A stretch of 62,379 nucleotides of DNA, filler included, from Babesia bigemina (taxonomy: Eukaryota): assembly GCF_000981445.1 (NCBI RefSeq). It is 11 parts of 11 records of this genome, joined end to end, with 100 filler letters (N's around TTAATTAATTAA, not from the genome) between each part and the next. Parts side by side here need not be neighbours in the genome. Positions count along the whole stretch, not along the records: positions 16,177 to 34,741 come from NW_012237051.1; 10 more parts are not named here. One strand, written 5' to 3'. Numbering within the stretch: the first letter of the stretch is position 1; the number at the start of each line of letters is the position of its first letter. This document shows, one piece after another, positions 18,679 to 32,085 of this stretch. The notes beneath the pieces are model-generated. The model saw only the letters and a list, made by a program, of their open reading frames with translations. It had not been told where the DNA came from and made no database searches. The position numbers and the translations under genes were made by a program.

Positions 18679-21629
18679 ATGCCTGTTAAGGTTTATGCGG
18701 AGCCACGGGGCTTCAAAGCTGTAAATCAACGCCAAGTCAGCTCCCTCACCGTCTCTAATAAGTCGGTGTGGTTTGGTCTGCAGGATGGTCGGATTCTGCG
18801 CTACACCTGCCCATCAAGTTCAACTCAGGATTCCAGATCAACCCATACGTCGGCTGATGTGTGACTTTGCGCCCCAAGGCACAAGGTACGTCAAATGTAT
18901 CGCATGTATTTCCTCATCGCTAAGTAGGGGCTGCTTCTGAGGTGCACGACTGTTCGTAGACACGAAATCCTTCCACTGTATCGCATGCCTCGCATCCGGA
19001 CACCACTGGTACTCCAACTTTCAAGCCCCTGACTGGTATCGCTAAACAGTTTAAACGGGTGCTCCTGCGCTCTGCTTGTTTCCCGGAGGCCAACAGTGAG
19101 GACTCCCTGTGATCGTCCTACTAAGCACCAAACCGGCAACCTGGTTGAAGGGCCCATTACTACCGCCAAGGGACTTTGCCTTTCCACGCCGTATAATTTC
19201 CCGGAGGGGGAGCCAGTACTCGACATAGGCATTATTCCCGTGGTGTATCGCGGCGGACGCTGTCATGTGTTGGTGGCTTCGTCCACACGTTGCCTCTACG
19301 AGTTCTTTGGAGGCACGTCGTTCGATGACACCTTTTCGAAGTACTCGAAGACGGGTGCCAATGCGTTGCGATACGAGGTGCCGCTGGCTGGACCAATCGG
19401 GGATATCATCGTCTCCGAGCGTAGTGACGGGAGCCACGACTTATTCTGGGCGAATGCTACGGGGATAGTATTCGTGAACGTCCCGTATCGTGTGGCAGAC
19501 GACGCTTCAAGTTGTTTGAAGTTCCCGCCCAGCGTGATAACCTATATTATGACGCCACAACATCCTCTTTCATCACTGCAAGAGACCAAGTTGCGACATG
19601 TGAGGACCTTCTTGCGCCGCCCCGCCATCCAGGTGCCTAGAAGCGTTGTGGTGGTCCGTGATTCGCTGCTCCTTCTATACGACGACACCATAGGCGTGGT
19701 GAACACCATAGTCGGTAAACAAGTTGGCACGCTGCCATTACCTCACGGCGCATTTGGCAAGGTGCACTGGCTGTTGCGCGACCGTTTGACGGGTGAAGTG
19801 TGGCTCCATGCCACCGAAGGCATGTTCGAGGTCAGTGTCAGCGCGGAGTCCGAAGATGCGTGGAAGCACTATTTGTTCAAGGGTGACATCGCCAACGCCC
19901 TTTCCAGCTGTAAGACCTCAGGGCAACGCGACAACGTACTACTTAAAAGCGCTTATGACTTGTACGAACGTGGGAAATACCTTGAGTCGGCGCGTATGTA
20001 TGGACAGGTGGAGGCTAGCTACCCTAACTTTGAGAACATTTGTCTCAACTTTCTAAAAAAGCACCAGGAGGAAGCGGTTGTGGAGTACATCACCATGAAA
20101 CTGCAGCAGCGCAATTGGTACCGGTACAATCCGCGTTTCATCATCCTCACAGTATGGATTATCGAAATGCTCGGGTACCGTTACCGGGACGTCTTCCTCA
20201 CCCTGCAGGCGAGCCGCGGCGTGTCGGGCATTGACACTGGTGCCCTGGCAACTCGGTGTGAGGAGTACCGGCGAAAGCTGTTTTCCACCATAGGGTCGCT
20301 GGCGCACATTGATGAGCTGGCACCCTCGATCAACTTTCTGCTGCAGACCGTTATGGGCTGCGGGGACGAGTGTGTGGATTTCGCCCGTATCCGCCGCGAT
20401 TCGTCAAACGTGGTCTACTACATGATTAACAGTGGCAACGTTGAAGGGGCATTGAGGGAGCTCATTAAGATGCCTCCCAGCGATAAGCGAGACGCTTTGG
20501 TGCTGAGGTTTGCCCCGCTGATGTTCATGGACGCCCCAGCGTTGTTTGAGCAGGCCTCGTTCAGCAAGCTGGACCCGGTGATACTGCTCCCCATTGCCCT
20601 TTTGCCGCTGATGATGCGAAATGAGCGTTACCTGCGCCACTCCTTGGGCATGGTGGAACGGCTGCTTTTTTCCAACGAAACTGCGCACGAGGAGTCGAAG
20701 CGTTCGCTGCTGTGGTGCTGCTACATCCTTCTTTTAGCTAACTTGGAGACTGAGGAGCCCTTGTTGGAAGTACTCAACAAGAATCTGGTAGATTTCCGCC
20801 ACATTGACCTCGCTATAGCACTTCGCTATCTAAAGGTCAAATCGTCAACGGACAGCCGGTGGTCTGTGCCCTTTATTGTCTTGCAAAGTTTATGCGGCAT
20901 GAACGAGGATGCGCTGGAAATGGCGCTTTCCCAGAACAATATGGAATTGGCGAAACAGTGCGCAATGAGGCCGTCAGACGAATTTACCCGTTGCCGTCTC
21001 TGGCGCTACATTCTGCTCCAGTCTTCCCGCAATGGCGAGGCATCTTTGGGCTCCATCATTGACACGTCAAACGGACTGCTACAAGTGCACGACCTTTTGC
21101 ACCTGCTCCCAGAAGACACGAAATTGGGCGACCTGAGCAGCATCATCTCGAGGTCTGTGGCCGAGTATGAATCCGACCTGGAGGAGCGTCGCCAGGAGGT
21201 TGACCACCTCTGCGCATGCATCGCCGAGACCAAGTCGGAAATTGAGATGGCTTCTCGCCGCTGCGTTAGCCTGCCCGTGGACAGAAACTGCATGTCATGC
21301 TCTCACCCACTGCATACGGTCATTTCATCGTATTTCCCTGCGCGCACGCATTTCATCGTTCCTGCGTGGCTACAACGCTTCGCAGTTTGCTGAGCGGAGC
21401 TGATCTGTTAGAGCTAAAACGCCTGCACAGGGAAATTCGAAAGCGAGTGGATGAGCGTAGCGTATCGGCATACAACGAGTACCTGTCGAGGGCATGTGTG
21501 GATTGCGGCTACCCCGCTTGCCTCTTGGCCTCCAAGCCTTTCATTGCCAACGTGAACCCGGCCCAGAAAATTGGTGGGAATAAATATTTTGGCAATATTC
21601 TTAAACCCCCGGGCCGCCCGGACCCCTGA
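18679..21629 (+). CDS. VPS18: Vacuolar protein sorting 18 (Pep3), HOPS/CORVET subunit; apparent frameshifts
   Basis: Beta-propeller-like N-terminus, ESEDAWKHYL, helical/clathrin-repeat region (AKQCAMRP..RCRLWRYI), C-terminal RING-H2 CMSC..FIVFPCAHAFHRSC..CVDCG split by a frameshift near 21315. Confidence 0.85.
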
Positions 21630-22975
21630 AATTTTTTTAAAAATTCCCTTTGGCCCAAAAGGGGGGGGGGCTTTAAAATTGGGGAAACGGGGCTAAATGG
21701 GAAATTCTTTTTTGACGGAATTATGTACAAAAACGGCGGATCCAGCTTGAACTTTCTATTCATGAGCAGCGGTTTGTGCGCCTTGGTACTGCGATTTCGC
21801 AGGTGTCGCTGCGGTACTTGGGAATAGTTACCAACTGGATGTACCGCTCTTGGACATCCTCCGGCGTGCGCTGCATCTCCCACGACAAGTACAACCAGGG
21901 GTCCCCGTATTCGGCGTCGTAGAACTCGGCAAGCCGCAGGAGCTCAGCGTCGTCCTCTGACTCCCACGGCATACCCTCGTTTGCTAGCGGTTTGGCCTAC
22001 TCCAGATGAGTCTGCTCATCACCAACCCCACCTGAAAGGTACTAATATAGTCATCGTATTTGCCAAGCGGCCACATGCAGTGGTTGTATAACCTGCAGTT
22101 ACCATGTGTTTTCCCACACACTGGACGAACGTGATATGCTTGAAGATGGTGCGCCGCTGTTTGTGGTCATGCTGCGGTTGATAAGAGTCCTACCGGAATG
22201 AATTGCGGAATATCACCCTACCCCCAAGGTGCGGCTGAAGAATTCCATCCACGGCTGGAACGATTCAGGCATGAGCTCAGCTCCTTCCTGGTACCGGCGC
22301 AATTAAGGAACTCCAAGATGCCCCATCCTCGGCACAACTATATCGGTCAAGTCTATCCAGTTGCTAAACATATCTATAATCCGGTTTATGGTATGAGCTT
22401 GCTGCTCGTCTACAGGGACGCTAAGGTGGTTAACGCATCGTACCTGGAGGTGGCTTGGCATGCGCTTGTGCTATGGCTCTCTTCTCATTTTCTATGTCCC
22501 GTATCCTCTGTTGCTTCAGAAACATCCGGAAGGTCTTCATATCTAGGTAGCGTAGAAGCCGCTTTATGGGCGGGCCTGCGATCATATGGCGCGCTTGTAG
22601 GCAGCACATACCGAGCTCCTCCATCGAGTTATCACATCGCACAGCCGAAGTTGCGATTGACCTGATAGCGCCGGAGAGCTCTCTCACAGGACGCGTTGAT
22701 AGTGCAGCGGCGCATTGGAGTGGTCTATTACAGGTGTACACTGCCACAGCGTACGGGCTGACATTACCGACACAGTTTCCCAGACCGATCCAAAAATTGG
22801 CCCTGTTGAGGCACTGTAGCCGGCTATGACCAAGTATCTCAAACAGTATCATGTGTTGTTTGCTGTATGTGTGAGACGTAACAACAATAAGAGCGGATTC
22901 TCCGGCAGGCCTCCACAATGTCGCCGACAAGATTCCACAGCACCTGTTCACATAGTGACGGCTGAGTAGCGCCAA
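21600..22975 (-). CDS. Multi-exon hypothetical protein with Myb/SANT-like segment
   Basis: Exon pieces linked by short GT-AG introns. PWESEDDAELLRLAEFYD..W..LSWEMQRTPEDVQERY resembles a Myb repeat; Arg-rich, acid-poor N-terminus. Boundaries approximate. Confidence 0.45.
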
Positions 22976-23310
22976 GTAAGTGTGTACACGCTTGTGTTAC
23001 TTTGGCGCTGTCTGGGACGCGAGTGAAGTCGGTAGTAGGTGGTTATCCCGGGTGTCGTGGTGTAGGCGCCTTCCACCCTGCCGGCGGGAGGGCACGCGCC
23101 AATGTATCGTTTGCACCTTCAAGCGTACAGAATTAACGAGTGCACAGTTTTACAAGACATAATAGGCCTGCTTCCAGTTTTTTGTTACACATCTTACTGG
23201 GCCAAGGTGCCGCAGGGTGTTCATATGTAACGTTGTAACTACTTCCGCGCCTACGTTTATAGTGATAGTTCACTTCGTTCTTTAAAATCGCATTATGACC
23301 CCTCGACAGG

Positions 23311-24841
23311 ATGGCCTGGAGCCAATCTGGGCCTCAATTCCAGCGCGTTCCGCACTTCGACATTTGTGAGCTGTTTGACCTATCGAGCATCATAATCGTA
23401 GACGGCGAGCGGAGATGCACTCGACCTCCCTACTGCCACTACGAATCCGACCATGAAGCTGCCCTGGAGTTGTCAAGCTCACTCTACCCAGCCCCGAAGC
23501 ACCGTCGGACGGGCGTAGGTTCAGTATCGGTACTGGCGCCTCGGCCCCTGCCGCCTGAGCTGCAGCCAACGGTGATCCTTGATTGTGACCTTAAGAAGGA
23601 TTTGCCGACAAGCCATGTTGACCTGTTTGCGTTCAAGGATGAATATCGCCAGGTGATAGAGCGACTGGATGCGCTGCGGCAGAAGTCCATCGACATCAAG
23701 AAATCGCGCTTGAAAAGACAGATGAAAGGAGTTACCTCTGCCTGCCTCACGCAGCTGTGCCAGTTGCGGACGGAACATCGTTGAAGCGCTACTTAGCGCG
23801 ACCTATCCTCTCACCGACGATTACCGAGGTCATTTGGGATGCCGCCGACATGAACTTGCGCCACATGGCGAAGATACGGAGGGAACAGGACCAGAACGCC
23901 CGTAAGCGTTTAGACCTAACCGTCGACGAAGATAGTAATGTTTGGTCGGAGAAACCGCTACACAAGTTGTTCGCGGATATTGTCACCCTCGATAGCTACC
24001 AGCTTGGTTATTGGCGAGCGACGGTATGCGTATCGCAACATGCCAGATGAGCTAGAGACAACACGGCCGCTGATCCTTACGGGCCCCCATAATCAGTCGA
24101 GCGCGCCGTTGTTACACCAAAGCGCCACCGAACGCTACCTTTAGGAGCAGAGCCTGATCGGCTCTCATCATGACTGCGGATGACGATCTGATAGTGACAG
24201 TTTACTCTGTATCATGGGTGTCAGAGGCCACAAACTGTGCGAATACGACTTACAGGCGTCCCTAAGCCGCCCCTACCTGCGCGACTTGTTTCCGCTGCCC
24301 TGCCGAGATCCGCCCAGTGGGCGTCGACCTCGAGGTGCGCGGCTCCTGTTTTATGTTGAATGGCCAGCTGTTCCCCGACCTCCGTGGAGACGCGTGCGAC
24401 TACTCAGAGCCCCTTTTGCACTTCTATCAGCAGTTCAAACCGGGCGCACTACACACGAGCGAGTGTATCGAGCAGAGCGATGCAATTCTGTATCATATGG
24501 AGCTGCCAGTGTATATTCCTGGGTACCTGCTGCACCACGGAGACTGCGAGCACAGGATGATGATAACGGCTGTACGAGCATTCGACCGCGTGCGCGACTG
24601 TCCATACGAGCCCTGCTACCCCGTATGCGTCTTCATGCCACGCCGGCGCTCCGTGCAGTGCCACATCTGCGAGCTCAGGGAAGCCGACAAGTCCGTGTTC
24701 AACAGTCTGGCGCTGCCTCAAATCCCGTGTTACCTATGCGACGACTGTTACGGTCGGTTCCAGCGCCTAGGAACGTTGGATGGTGTGTATCGCTCCGATG
24801 GCCTGGCGAAAACTGCGGCGATCGAGTTTTGCGAGGAGTGA
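23311..24841 (+). CDS. SNAPC3: snRNA-activating protein complex subunit 3 (SNAP50); introns/frameshifts
   Basis: SCFMLNGQLFPDLR..DYSEP, LLHHGDCEHRMMIT, YP..CHIC..PCYLCDDCY match the SNAP50 C-terminal zinc-finger pattern. Confidence 0.82.
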
Positions 24842-25408
24842 CAATGGACCTTAAGGGCCCAATACTTATTATAATTTAGTCCCAATCGAGCACATCGCGC
24901 CCGACGTACTTATGTCGCTGTTGTGAGCGGCTTTTATCGAGTTTTGCTGCCCCCAAACGGGCTGCGGCTCTGTTGGTCGGCGTGGCCCGCAGCCACGATT
25001 TTAGGCGGCGGCTGTGACCACTTTTTGGCACTTTACTAGATGCTATAGCCTCAAATAACCACCAGTTCGGATGTCTTGTGAGAAATAATGGGCTCTCTGG
25101 CACCTGCTGTGCTTCCCCATTACCGACCCTGGCGTGGTGGGTGGGTCGCGCGGCGCCGGTTTCCCGGAAACCGCAGGGCCTGCCGTCATTTCACGCAGTA
25201 TCGCCTTTTTCTACTTTTACGGCGAAACCTATACATCGGAATCCATCGGAAAGCTTCCCGCAAACGCTTCAGCAGGTGGGTTGGACGTGGTGTATACACC
25301 GGTTGCGTGGGTTACGTGCGTGCGTGCCTCGCCTCTGACTGAGCCGCGCCCTGCACGCAAACCGCTGATATTACCATTGTTGTTGTGGCTCCTAACTTCT
25401 GTTGCAGG

Positions 25409-25855
25409 ATGGCCAAGCTTATGAAACCAGGCCGCATTGTAGTCTTGCTCGCAGGCCGTCGTGCGGGCCGCAAGGGCATCATCGTCCACTGCAACGATAG
25501 CCCGAGCAAGCGCCGCCCGTACGCTAACTGTTTTGTGGTGGAGGGCCAATTAGCAACACGCTTAAGGTCGCCCTCAAGATGAGCCAAGACAATATACTCT
25601 AACGTATGGCGCTCATGCCCTTTAAGAAGTACATCAAGGTGATCCACCCTTATGCCCATACCCTACAACGTTACGGGCCGCATCGACCACAAAATTCTTG
25701 TTGACCGACCGAGATATGGTGAACCAGGCCCCCCGCCAGGAGGATCCCAAGGGGTTCGAAGGCGGGTGCTCGAGGAGACCCTGAACAACCCCGACCCTGC
25801 CGACGGAAAGATCTCCAAGGATGCACTCTTCCTCAGGAAGAAGCTGAGGTTCTAA
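25409..25855 (+). CDS. RPL27: 60S ribosomal protein eL27; mid-gene frameshifts (likely read errors)
   Basis: MAKLMKPGRIVVLLAGRRAGRKGIIV..RPY and C-terminus ..FLRKKLRF*; a polypyrimidine-TTGCAG acceptor lies just before the ATG. Confidence 0.92.
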
Positions 25856-26198
25856 CTCTGTTGCTAATCATGCGGTCTACGCAATGGGAGCGCAGTTAGT
25901 TGTTGTCAATCCAGGGCTTGCCCCGCCAACATCCATGGCCGGCGGCGTGTGACACTTAGGCAACTGGAGAAGTTCGGAGCAGCGTTTGCGATCGCATAGG
26001 ACAGCGATCAGTACTACAGCTTATTTTGATGTCCGTGCATGCGAGTCTGCACGCGGCAGGAGGGCTTGGTTCACGTAGTGAGGGTACCGCAAAGGGATTG
26101 TAGCCTACATTGCGATTGAACTAAGCTTGCGCGACAAGCGTGGCATCTCGTATATGCGCTATGGAACAGAGAATCCGCCTAACGAGAGGGCTGTCGCG

Positions 26199-26794
26199 CT
26201 AGCGGTCAAAGGCGGCCTGCTGGGGGGGGGAAAAGACGCGGGTTTTCGGATATTGGCACTGACGGGGTGGTCTCGGATATGGTCGTCTGAGACCATTCAT
26301 TGGGGTCATCCTCATCGGCTGTATGATCCGCTGAATGTAGCTCTGGATGGGGCGCGTTCTCATCGTTCTGCTGGCAGATCTCCTGGTGGAAATGGTAGAA
26401 CCCCTTGTTTCCCTAGAGGTCGTTGAAACTGCAGAAGGACCGGCCGTCATGGTGCTGCTTAGCCGGAAGGCCACGACATGTGCGTCTATTATCAAAGCCT
26501 TGTGGACGTTGTTCAGCCCCTGGAGTTATAACGCCGAGGATTCTTCGACATCCTCAGCGCTATCACCCGCCGCTTGTCGTCAACCTGTAGGTGTAGGCAG
26601 TCTTCTGCCAGGTCGTAGATCACGGAGCACGGCAGAGAGCTGCCGTCTGCGAACACGATGTGTGTTTCGCATCCGTTGACCATATGGTTCATGAAATACG
26701 TTTCCTCCTCAGGCTGGAGCGACTCATCGCGCGCAAATAGGGCATTGGGGTCGTACTTTCCATCCCCCTGGGCGCTGCTCGGTTGATTTCCCAT
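26199..26794 (-). CDS. IMC sub-compartment protein (ISP family)-like; frameshifted
   Basis: MGN myristoylation start; GCETHIVFADGSSLPC..LHLQVDDKRRVI and VVAFRL resemble the ISP PH-fold core. Confidence 0.6.
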
Positions 26795-26919
26795 CGCTGC
26801 TCCTCCCGGTGGTCTCACGCGCCGCCTCGCAGTCGCGGGCTGCGATGACACCTAAACCTTACTCGCACAGGCCCTTTATATATCGCTAAAAGCAACAATT
26901 ACGTTACACTTATTTTGCG

Positions 26920-28742
26920 TCAGAGAAGATCGTTTGTGCCGCGAGCCTGCGGTTGGAAGGCCACTGTGTCGAGCGCGGCAAAGAGGTCGTGTTCAGGAGT
27001 GGATGTGCGATTCTTTGCAGTACTTATGGCGAGATTCTCGAAATCCAAAATGTCGTCGGCAATAGTGGTTTTAGGCGCGTTGCTCGCCTGAGACTCCTGA
27101 GGTGTGCGGATGCTGCTGACGGGGGTGAAGCTGTCCAAAAGATCGAAGGCGGGGTTTGTGAAGTCGCTGGGGATGCTCCTCAGGGGCTCGTTCTGATTGT
27201 TGTCATCCGCTTTCACAACGTCACTGGCGAACAGGTCCAACTCTGATGCGCTGCTAGTATTTACGCCCTCGCCCGCAGTAGGACTTTTCCGTTCGGTAGG
27301 GCTCGTGGTACTGATCAGGTTGACATCTCTCGAAGGCACATTCGCCGCGCTATTCAGCAGTTGCATCACCCTGTATGCCTTGTTTTCAGCTGGCTCTCTC
27401 GCGCATTTGACCAGATGGCTGCAGCTCGGTGGCGAGATGGCTGATGACATCGTCCGCCATATTCGCGCGCACGATCAGCGCCTCGAAGATGCAAAGAATC
27501 CTCAGCTGCAGTTGCCACCTGTTCGCCCTGTTGTTGATGCTCCGTAAGAGTTCATCCACCACATAACGGACGTTGGCGTCCTTCAGTTGCATGAGGAAGT
27601 CGTCGATTATCTGCTGCGACGGCGAGACCTTGATACCGCTGAACGTGAGAATGTCCTTCACGAGCTTCGACTCAATCTCGCCCGATACGTCCTCCACCGT
27701 GCTGTGCTGCGCGTGCGCATCGGGTATGAGCGACGGCAACAAGGTACGTTCCGGCTGGGTGTTGAAACTTGGCTGGACGAACGCTGGGACGGGTCGATGG
27801 GTGTTTGCGAAGCTGCCTGCGTACGGTTCTTGCATCGTGCTTTTGCGTTTGTCAAAGGCCGACGTGACGTGCCTCTCGATCTGATCCAACGTCGTCGACG
27901 TGAATGCCGAACTGACGCGTTCTATCTTGTCCATTATGGAAGTTGGAATGAACCTATTGGCGACATCGGAGATTACCTTGAAAGCCTGGTTGCTCGTGGA
28001 CTTGTTTACAGGCGTCTTCGATTTGAAATTACCGAACCCCTCCATTTTGCGACCGGCACCGGCATTACCGTATGCTGGGCTGCCCACGGCGGTGTTGCCA
28101 AATCCCATATTACCCACGCCGCTGCTAGCAATACCGCCCTGATTACCGTAGGCCGTGTTGCCGAAGCCAGTGCTAGCAATACCGCCCTGATTACCGTAGC
28201 CCACCGAATACGTGTTCGGAAGGGAGTAGTTTTGATTTGCAGGATTTGTGCTCCCGAATTGATTGTACCTGAAGACTGGGAAAATGGCATGGTCCCCAAG
28301 GCGATCATGCGGTTTTGAAGAAGGATAACAAGGGGAAAACCGCCACGGGCGAAGCCGTTTGCTGGCCCTATATTCACCTTAAGAGGGCTCCACCCCCTTT
28401 TCGGACATCTGACAAGGTAATCCCCCCTTTGGTCCCCCGTAAGAACCCTGTTACTACCCGCCTTTATAACGGCTGACAAATAAACACCCTGTTCCCGGTG
28501 AACTCCTCCGGGAACCGGGGCCCAAGGTTTTTCAGCAATTTCAGGCATTTGAACTTTATGTAGTGTCCATTCCGCGGTAATTTTAGCAGGGGAAAATTCT
28601 TAACGGTCGGCATATTAAAGGTTTTCCGAGGAAAATTGGGGGGAAGTCCTGGGTACACATCCCCGGGGATGGCTCGAAGTCGCCGAGGTGGCTCTGCTAA
28701 ACAGTTGCGCTGGAAAGCGCTGAGCACCTCTTGTTGCGCCAT
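26920..28742 (-). CDS. Tepsin-like ENTH/VHS-domain protein (AP-4 accessory); frameshifts in low-quality 5' part
   Basis: N-terminal RATSATSSHP.G and IKFKCLKLLKNL, Gly-rich linker, second helical domain ESKLVKDILTFSGIKVSPSQQIIDDF..WQLQLRILC, and a DLF/DLL-rich tail. Confidence 0.65.
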
Positions 28743-29020
28743 AGGGTTGGCGTTAGCTCTGGCTCTGCCGTGATTCGCTCCACCCTGGGAAGCGAAGAGT
28801 GCACCAGTAAAGAGATACTCTGCATGGAAATAGTACTCGCGAACCGCTGCGATGAGGATGTGTGTATATTGAATCCGCAGACGCTTTGGTGCGGGTTTAA
28901 ACATACGTTCTGGTGGTGAGCGATGTCCTCCTGCGTGGGTTACAGGCGGACCGACTGCGCGGCGCAGACATGAGGCAAAAAAGGGCAGATAAATTAATAT
29001 CAGATAGACGGGAAGTAGAC

Positions 29021-30382
29021 TTATTGAAGTATGGTTATCGTTATGCAGATTCCAGTGGCGGCTAATCCCGAGAGGCCGTAAACGTATAGATACAGATTTT
29101 CGACACTCAGCCTTTCCACATCGGCCGCATCTCCATCCGCGCCTTTACCGGTCTTGTACGGAGGCGACCATCGCCATTCGCCTCTGACGGATCCGACTGG
29201 GCTCACATTTTGTCGTAGCAGTGTTGCCGTCGCTACATCGCATCTGCCTCCGTTCGCCTCTCCGACTGCATATAGGTCCGCTAATACCCTGGCCTTGAAG
29301 GGTCGCAGCTGCGTAGCATGTGACGTGCTGGGTGATAGTGTTTCGCACCTTGAATTGTACGTGTTTTACCATGTAGCACAGGTTGTTCCTGGTGACCATG
29401 TCGGTGACGTAAAACTTCCCATTCACGCTCACGACCCGGCCTGTATCGGTGCTTGAGCACGAACTATCCGAATGACCGTCGTTATGTACATTGCGATAGT
29501 TCTCGTTGGCGCTGCGGCGATCGGTTTTCCACAGTAGGCAGTTGACTCCGTGGAGAGGCAGCGGATGCAGCGTTTCGAATAACGTGCGAATTTGGGGCTC
29601 ACGCCGCGCAAAATCGGAAAATATGCTTATAGTTATGTCCTCCGGCTTGGGAAAGCGTTTCTGATGTGAATGCCATGGGTACTTGTCTATGCTTGGCCAG
29701 TAGTACTCTGAGCGTTGTGTGCGGTAATGTGTGACACATACGAGGAGTACGTGGATTACGGGCACGGTATACAGGTTTGTACTGCCAATAGTAGGGATAG
29801 AGGATGTTTTTGAGCGGACGCGGATGAAGACGGTGTGTACCAATTGCGCTATGGTAATATATCGTCTTCGTCGTCGCTGTCACATTACCGCCTCTCCTGG
29901 ATGCCATCCCAAAATACTCAATGTGTGCGACGCTGCGTTGCCGAGCATTGTAAGGCGCGCTTCACAGCGTTTCGACCTAGCTTACTCGAAATTGCGCAGG
30001 TCGATAATTAAAATGCCCCCTGGACCGGGCTGGGGGAAGGGTATCACTTCCTTCGCATGGAAAGATTTCGGTTTGATTCCCGAGAATTCCATTTTTCAAA
30101 GACCCTCCTTACTTCATACAATGCCGGAAAAGTTTCTTTAAAGGGTTAGGGTGGAACAAGACTACATATCATCAGTTGCTTTGAATTTGACCTCGCTCGG
30201 GACATGAAACTTTTTAAATGTGATGCATCCAACGACATCGAACTTGCACGATGCTTGGCTACTAGAACGCTGTTTACGGTATTGGATGCCACAATCGATT
30301 GTTGCATGGCGGCCATATTCTTAAGTGAAGGATTTGACCCGAGAAGTAATCGAGCGTCTAGTGAAATACCATCCCCGCCCAC
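29021..30382 (-). CDS. Hypothetical protein (fragmented ORFs)
   Basis: Successive minus-strand ORFs 30146-30382, 29599-29907, 29145-29843 and 29021-29206; no family recognised. Confidence 0.3.
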
Positions 30383-31214
30383 AAAACTGGATCATAAGGG
30401 CGAAGAGAGCCTATAAGAAAATGCCTCACCGTGCAATAACAAACGAGCAAAGATGATGCCAGCGTCCACAATATAAGCATATACACAGGAATATACTAAT
30501 CTTTGTTTCAGGTTGTATGGCATCGTATCTGGACATGTTTGACCATGTCAGCCGCTGCCGCTAACTCGTCTCACTACCTTCGCGCCATTTATATAAACTG
30601 CCAGCTCAACGTCGTGCTGATTACGAATATCAGGCGTCCAATCCGTGATGGTATCCACCCTTTCTGGGCAATGTGACTATTCACAGTCATAGTAGCCTGG
30701 GTTTCGTGTTCCACGTCGGATGGATTGGCGTATTGAAACTCGGCACTTGGTTCGAACTGCCCATTTGAGATACTCCGCCGTCTACGTGGTTCAGATGCCT
30801 AATGTCTCTCACGCAAGATGGTTTTGATTAGTCATTCCGATATGCACGATGACGATGGTCTTCCTCAGACATACGGATGGCTTGTCAAACATTCCCACTA
30901 TTTACCGATATGGGCGGATTGCCGGGCGGAATCCTGCACTACGGCCACGAATAAGCTTATAAATACGTCCACGGCATTGCTTACTGCTGTACTTATTAGT
31001 TTAACCGATTAGCAGTTTACAACAATAGGCGTAGGGGATTTACACTTATATCAACACATACTTAATAAGCGGTGTGAGAATAGGCCCTACGACAAGCCGA
31101 ATAAACATGACATGTAGCCCATCAAAGTGGAATAGCCGCTCCTAAATCAGATACTGTGGGCGTACCGGGATAATACATGTTACCCGACCCGAGCGCAGTG
31201 TATGTGCTAGACGG

Positions 31215-32085
31215 TCAGCGGAATCCTATCTTCATGGAAGCGTCTATGGGCTTCATGTTAACGTCAAAATCAACTTCCGATACCGGATAGTTTCCATGTT
31301 TACCAGCTCCCAAATCAGGATTATTCGATCCACAGAAAGCCCAGAATCCTGTGAAGTCGCATAGCGTTATCAGTGTTCGTAAATATAGACCTCTCAACGC
31401 TTTGGGGACATCAAACCCACTCATGCCAGCGCGGCGTTGTGGCTCTACGTAACCCAATGCTTGTATCAACTGCTGCATACGCTTACAAGCAATAAACGGC
31501 GGCAATCTCAATTTCGCAGCAAACACAGCAGCATTCAAAGATGATATGCTTGCCCGTAACATGGGCGCAATACCCACGAAGACAGCTGCGCAATCTTCCG
31601 GCTTTTGGGTACATGATTTACTCCACGTAGCCTCTGGACTGTAAGCAGACTCGTATTCGCCTGGGCTTTTAATATCATCCAAGAATATCTCGGTACCATG
31701 AACAACTTTGCCAAGGTTCTCCACAATGGCTCCAGCAGTGATACCCTTGCCCTTTACGACGTTCTCATCGGATTCGTCAACAACCCGAAAGTACTTAGCT
31801 AACCCTCCAGGTGATTTATTAATAAGGTCGTTGTACCGTTTAACCAGCCCTCCTACGAACCACTGGTTCCCAAGCTCCGGTTGATCCAGGAACTTTAGTA
31901 ACATGTTTAACATCTTCGAGGGCCGGCATCTCCATCTTGTCAACAGTTTTGTCTGCCAGGGAACTGAAGAGTGCGGCACACAATGCTGCTACGTTGCTTT
32001 TAGCATCATCTCCCTTGACGGCCACCAACCAGTCAATGGGCTCCCTGAAGTTGCGAGGGACATTGGTCAACGAATTGTATACCAT
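31215..32085 (-). pseudogene. Short ves-family gene (ves2-like) with one frameshift near 31900
   Basis: MVYNSLTNVPRNFREPIDWLVAVKG (VESA1 N-terminal motif), then YESAYSPEATWSKSC..PEDCAAVFVGIAPML..QALGY..CDFTGFWAF. The frameshift could be a read error. Confidence 0.7.

Noticed and set aside
18679..28742. Pseudogenisation or programmed frameshifting in VPS18, SNAPC3, RPL27, ISP and tepsin
   Set aside because: These include essential genes, and several lesions lie in or near homopolymer-distorted stretches (e.g. 21570-21720, 28300-28660) typical of single-read ends.
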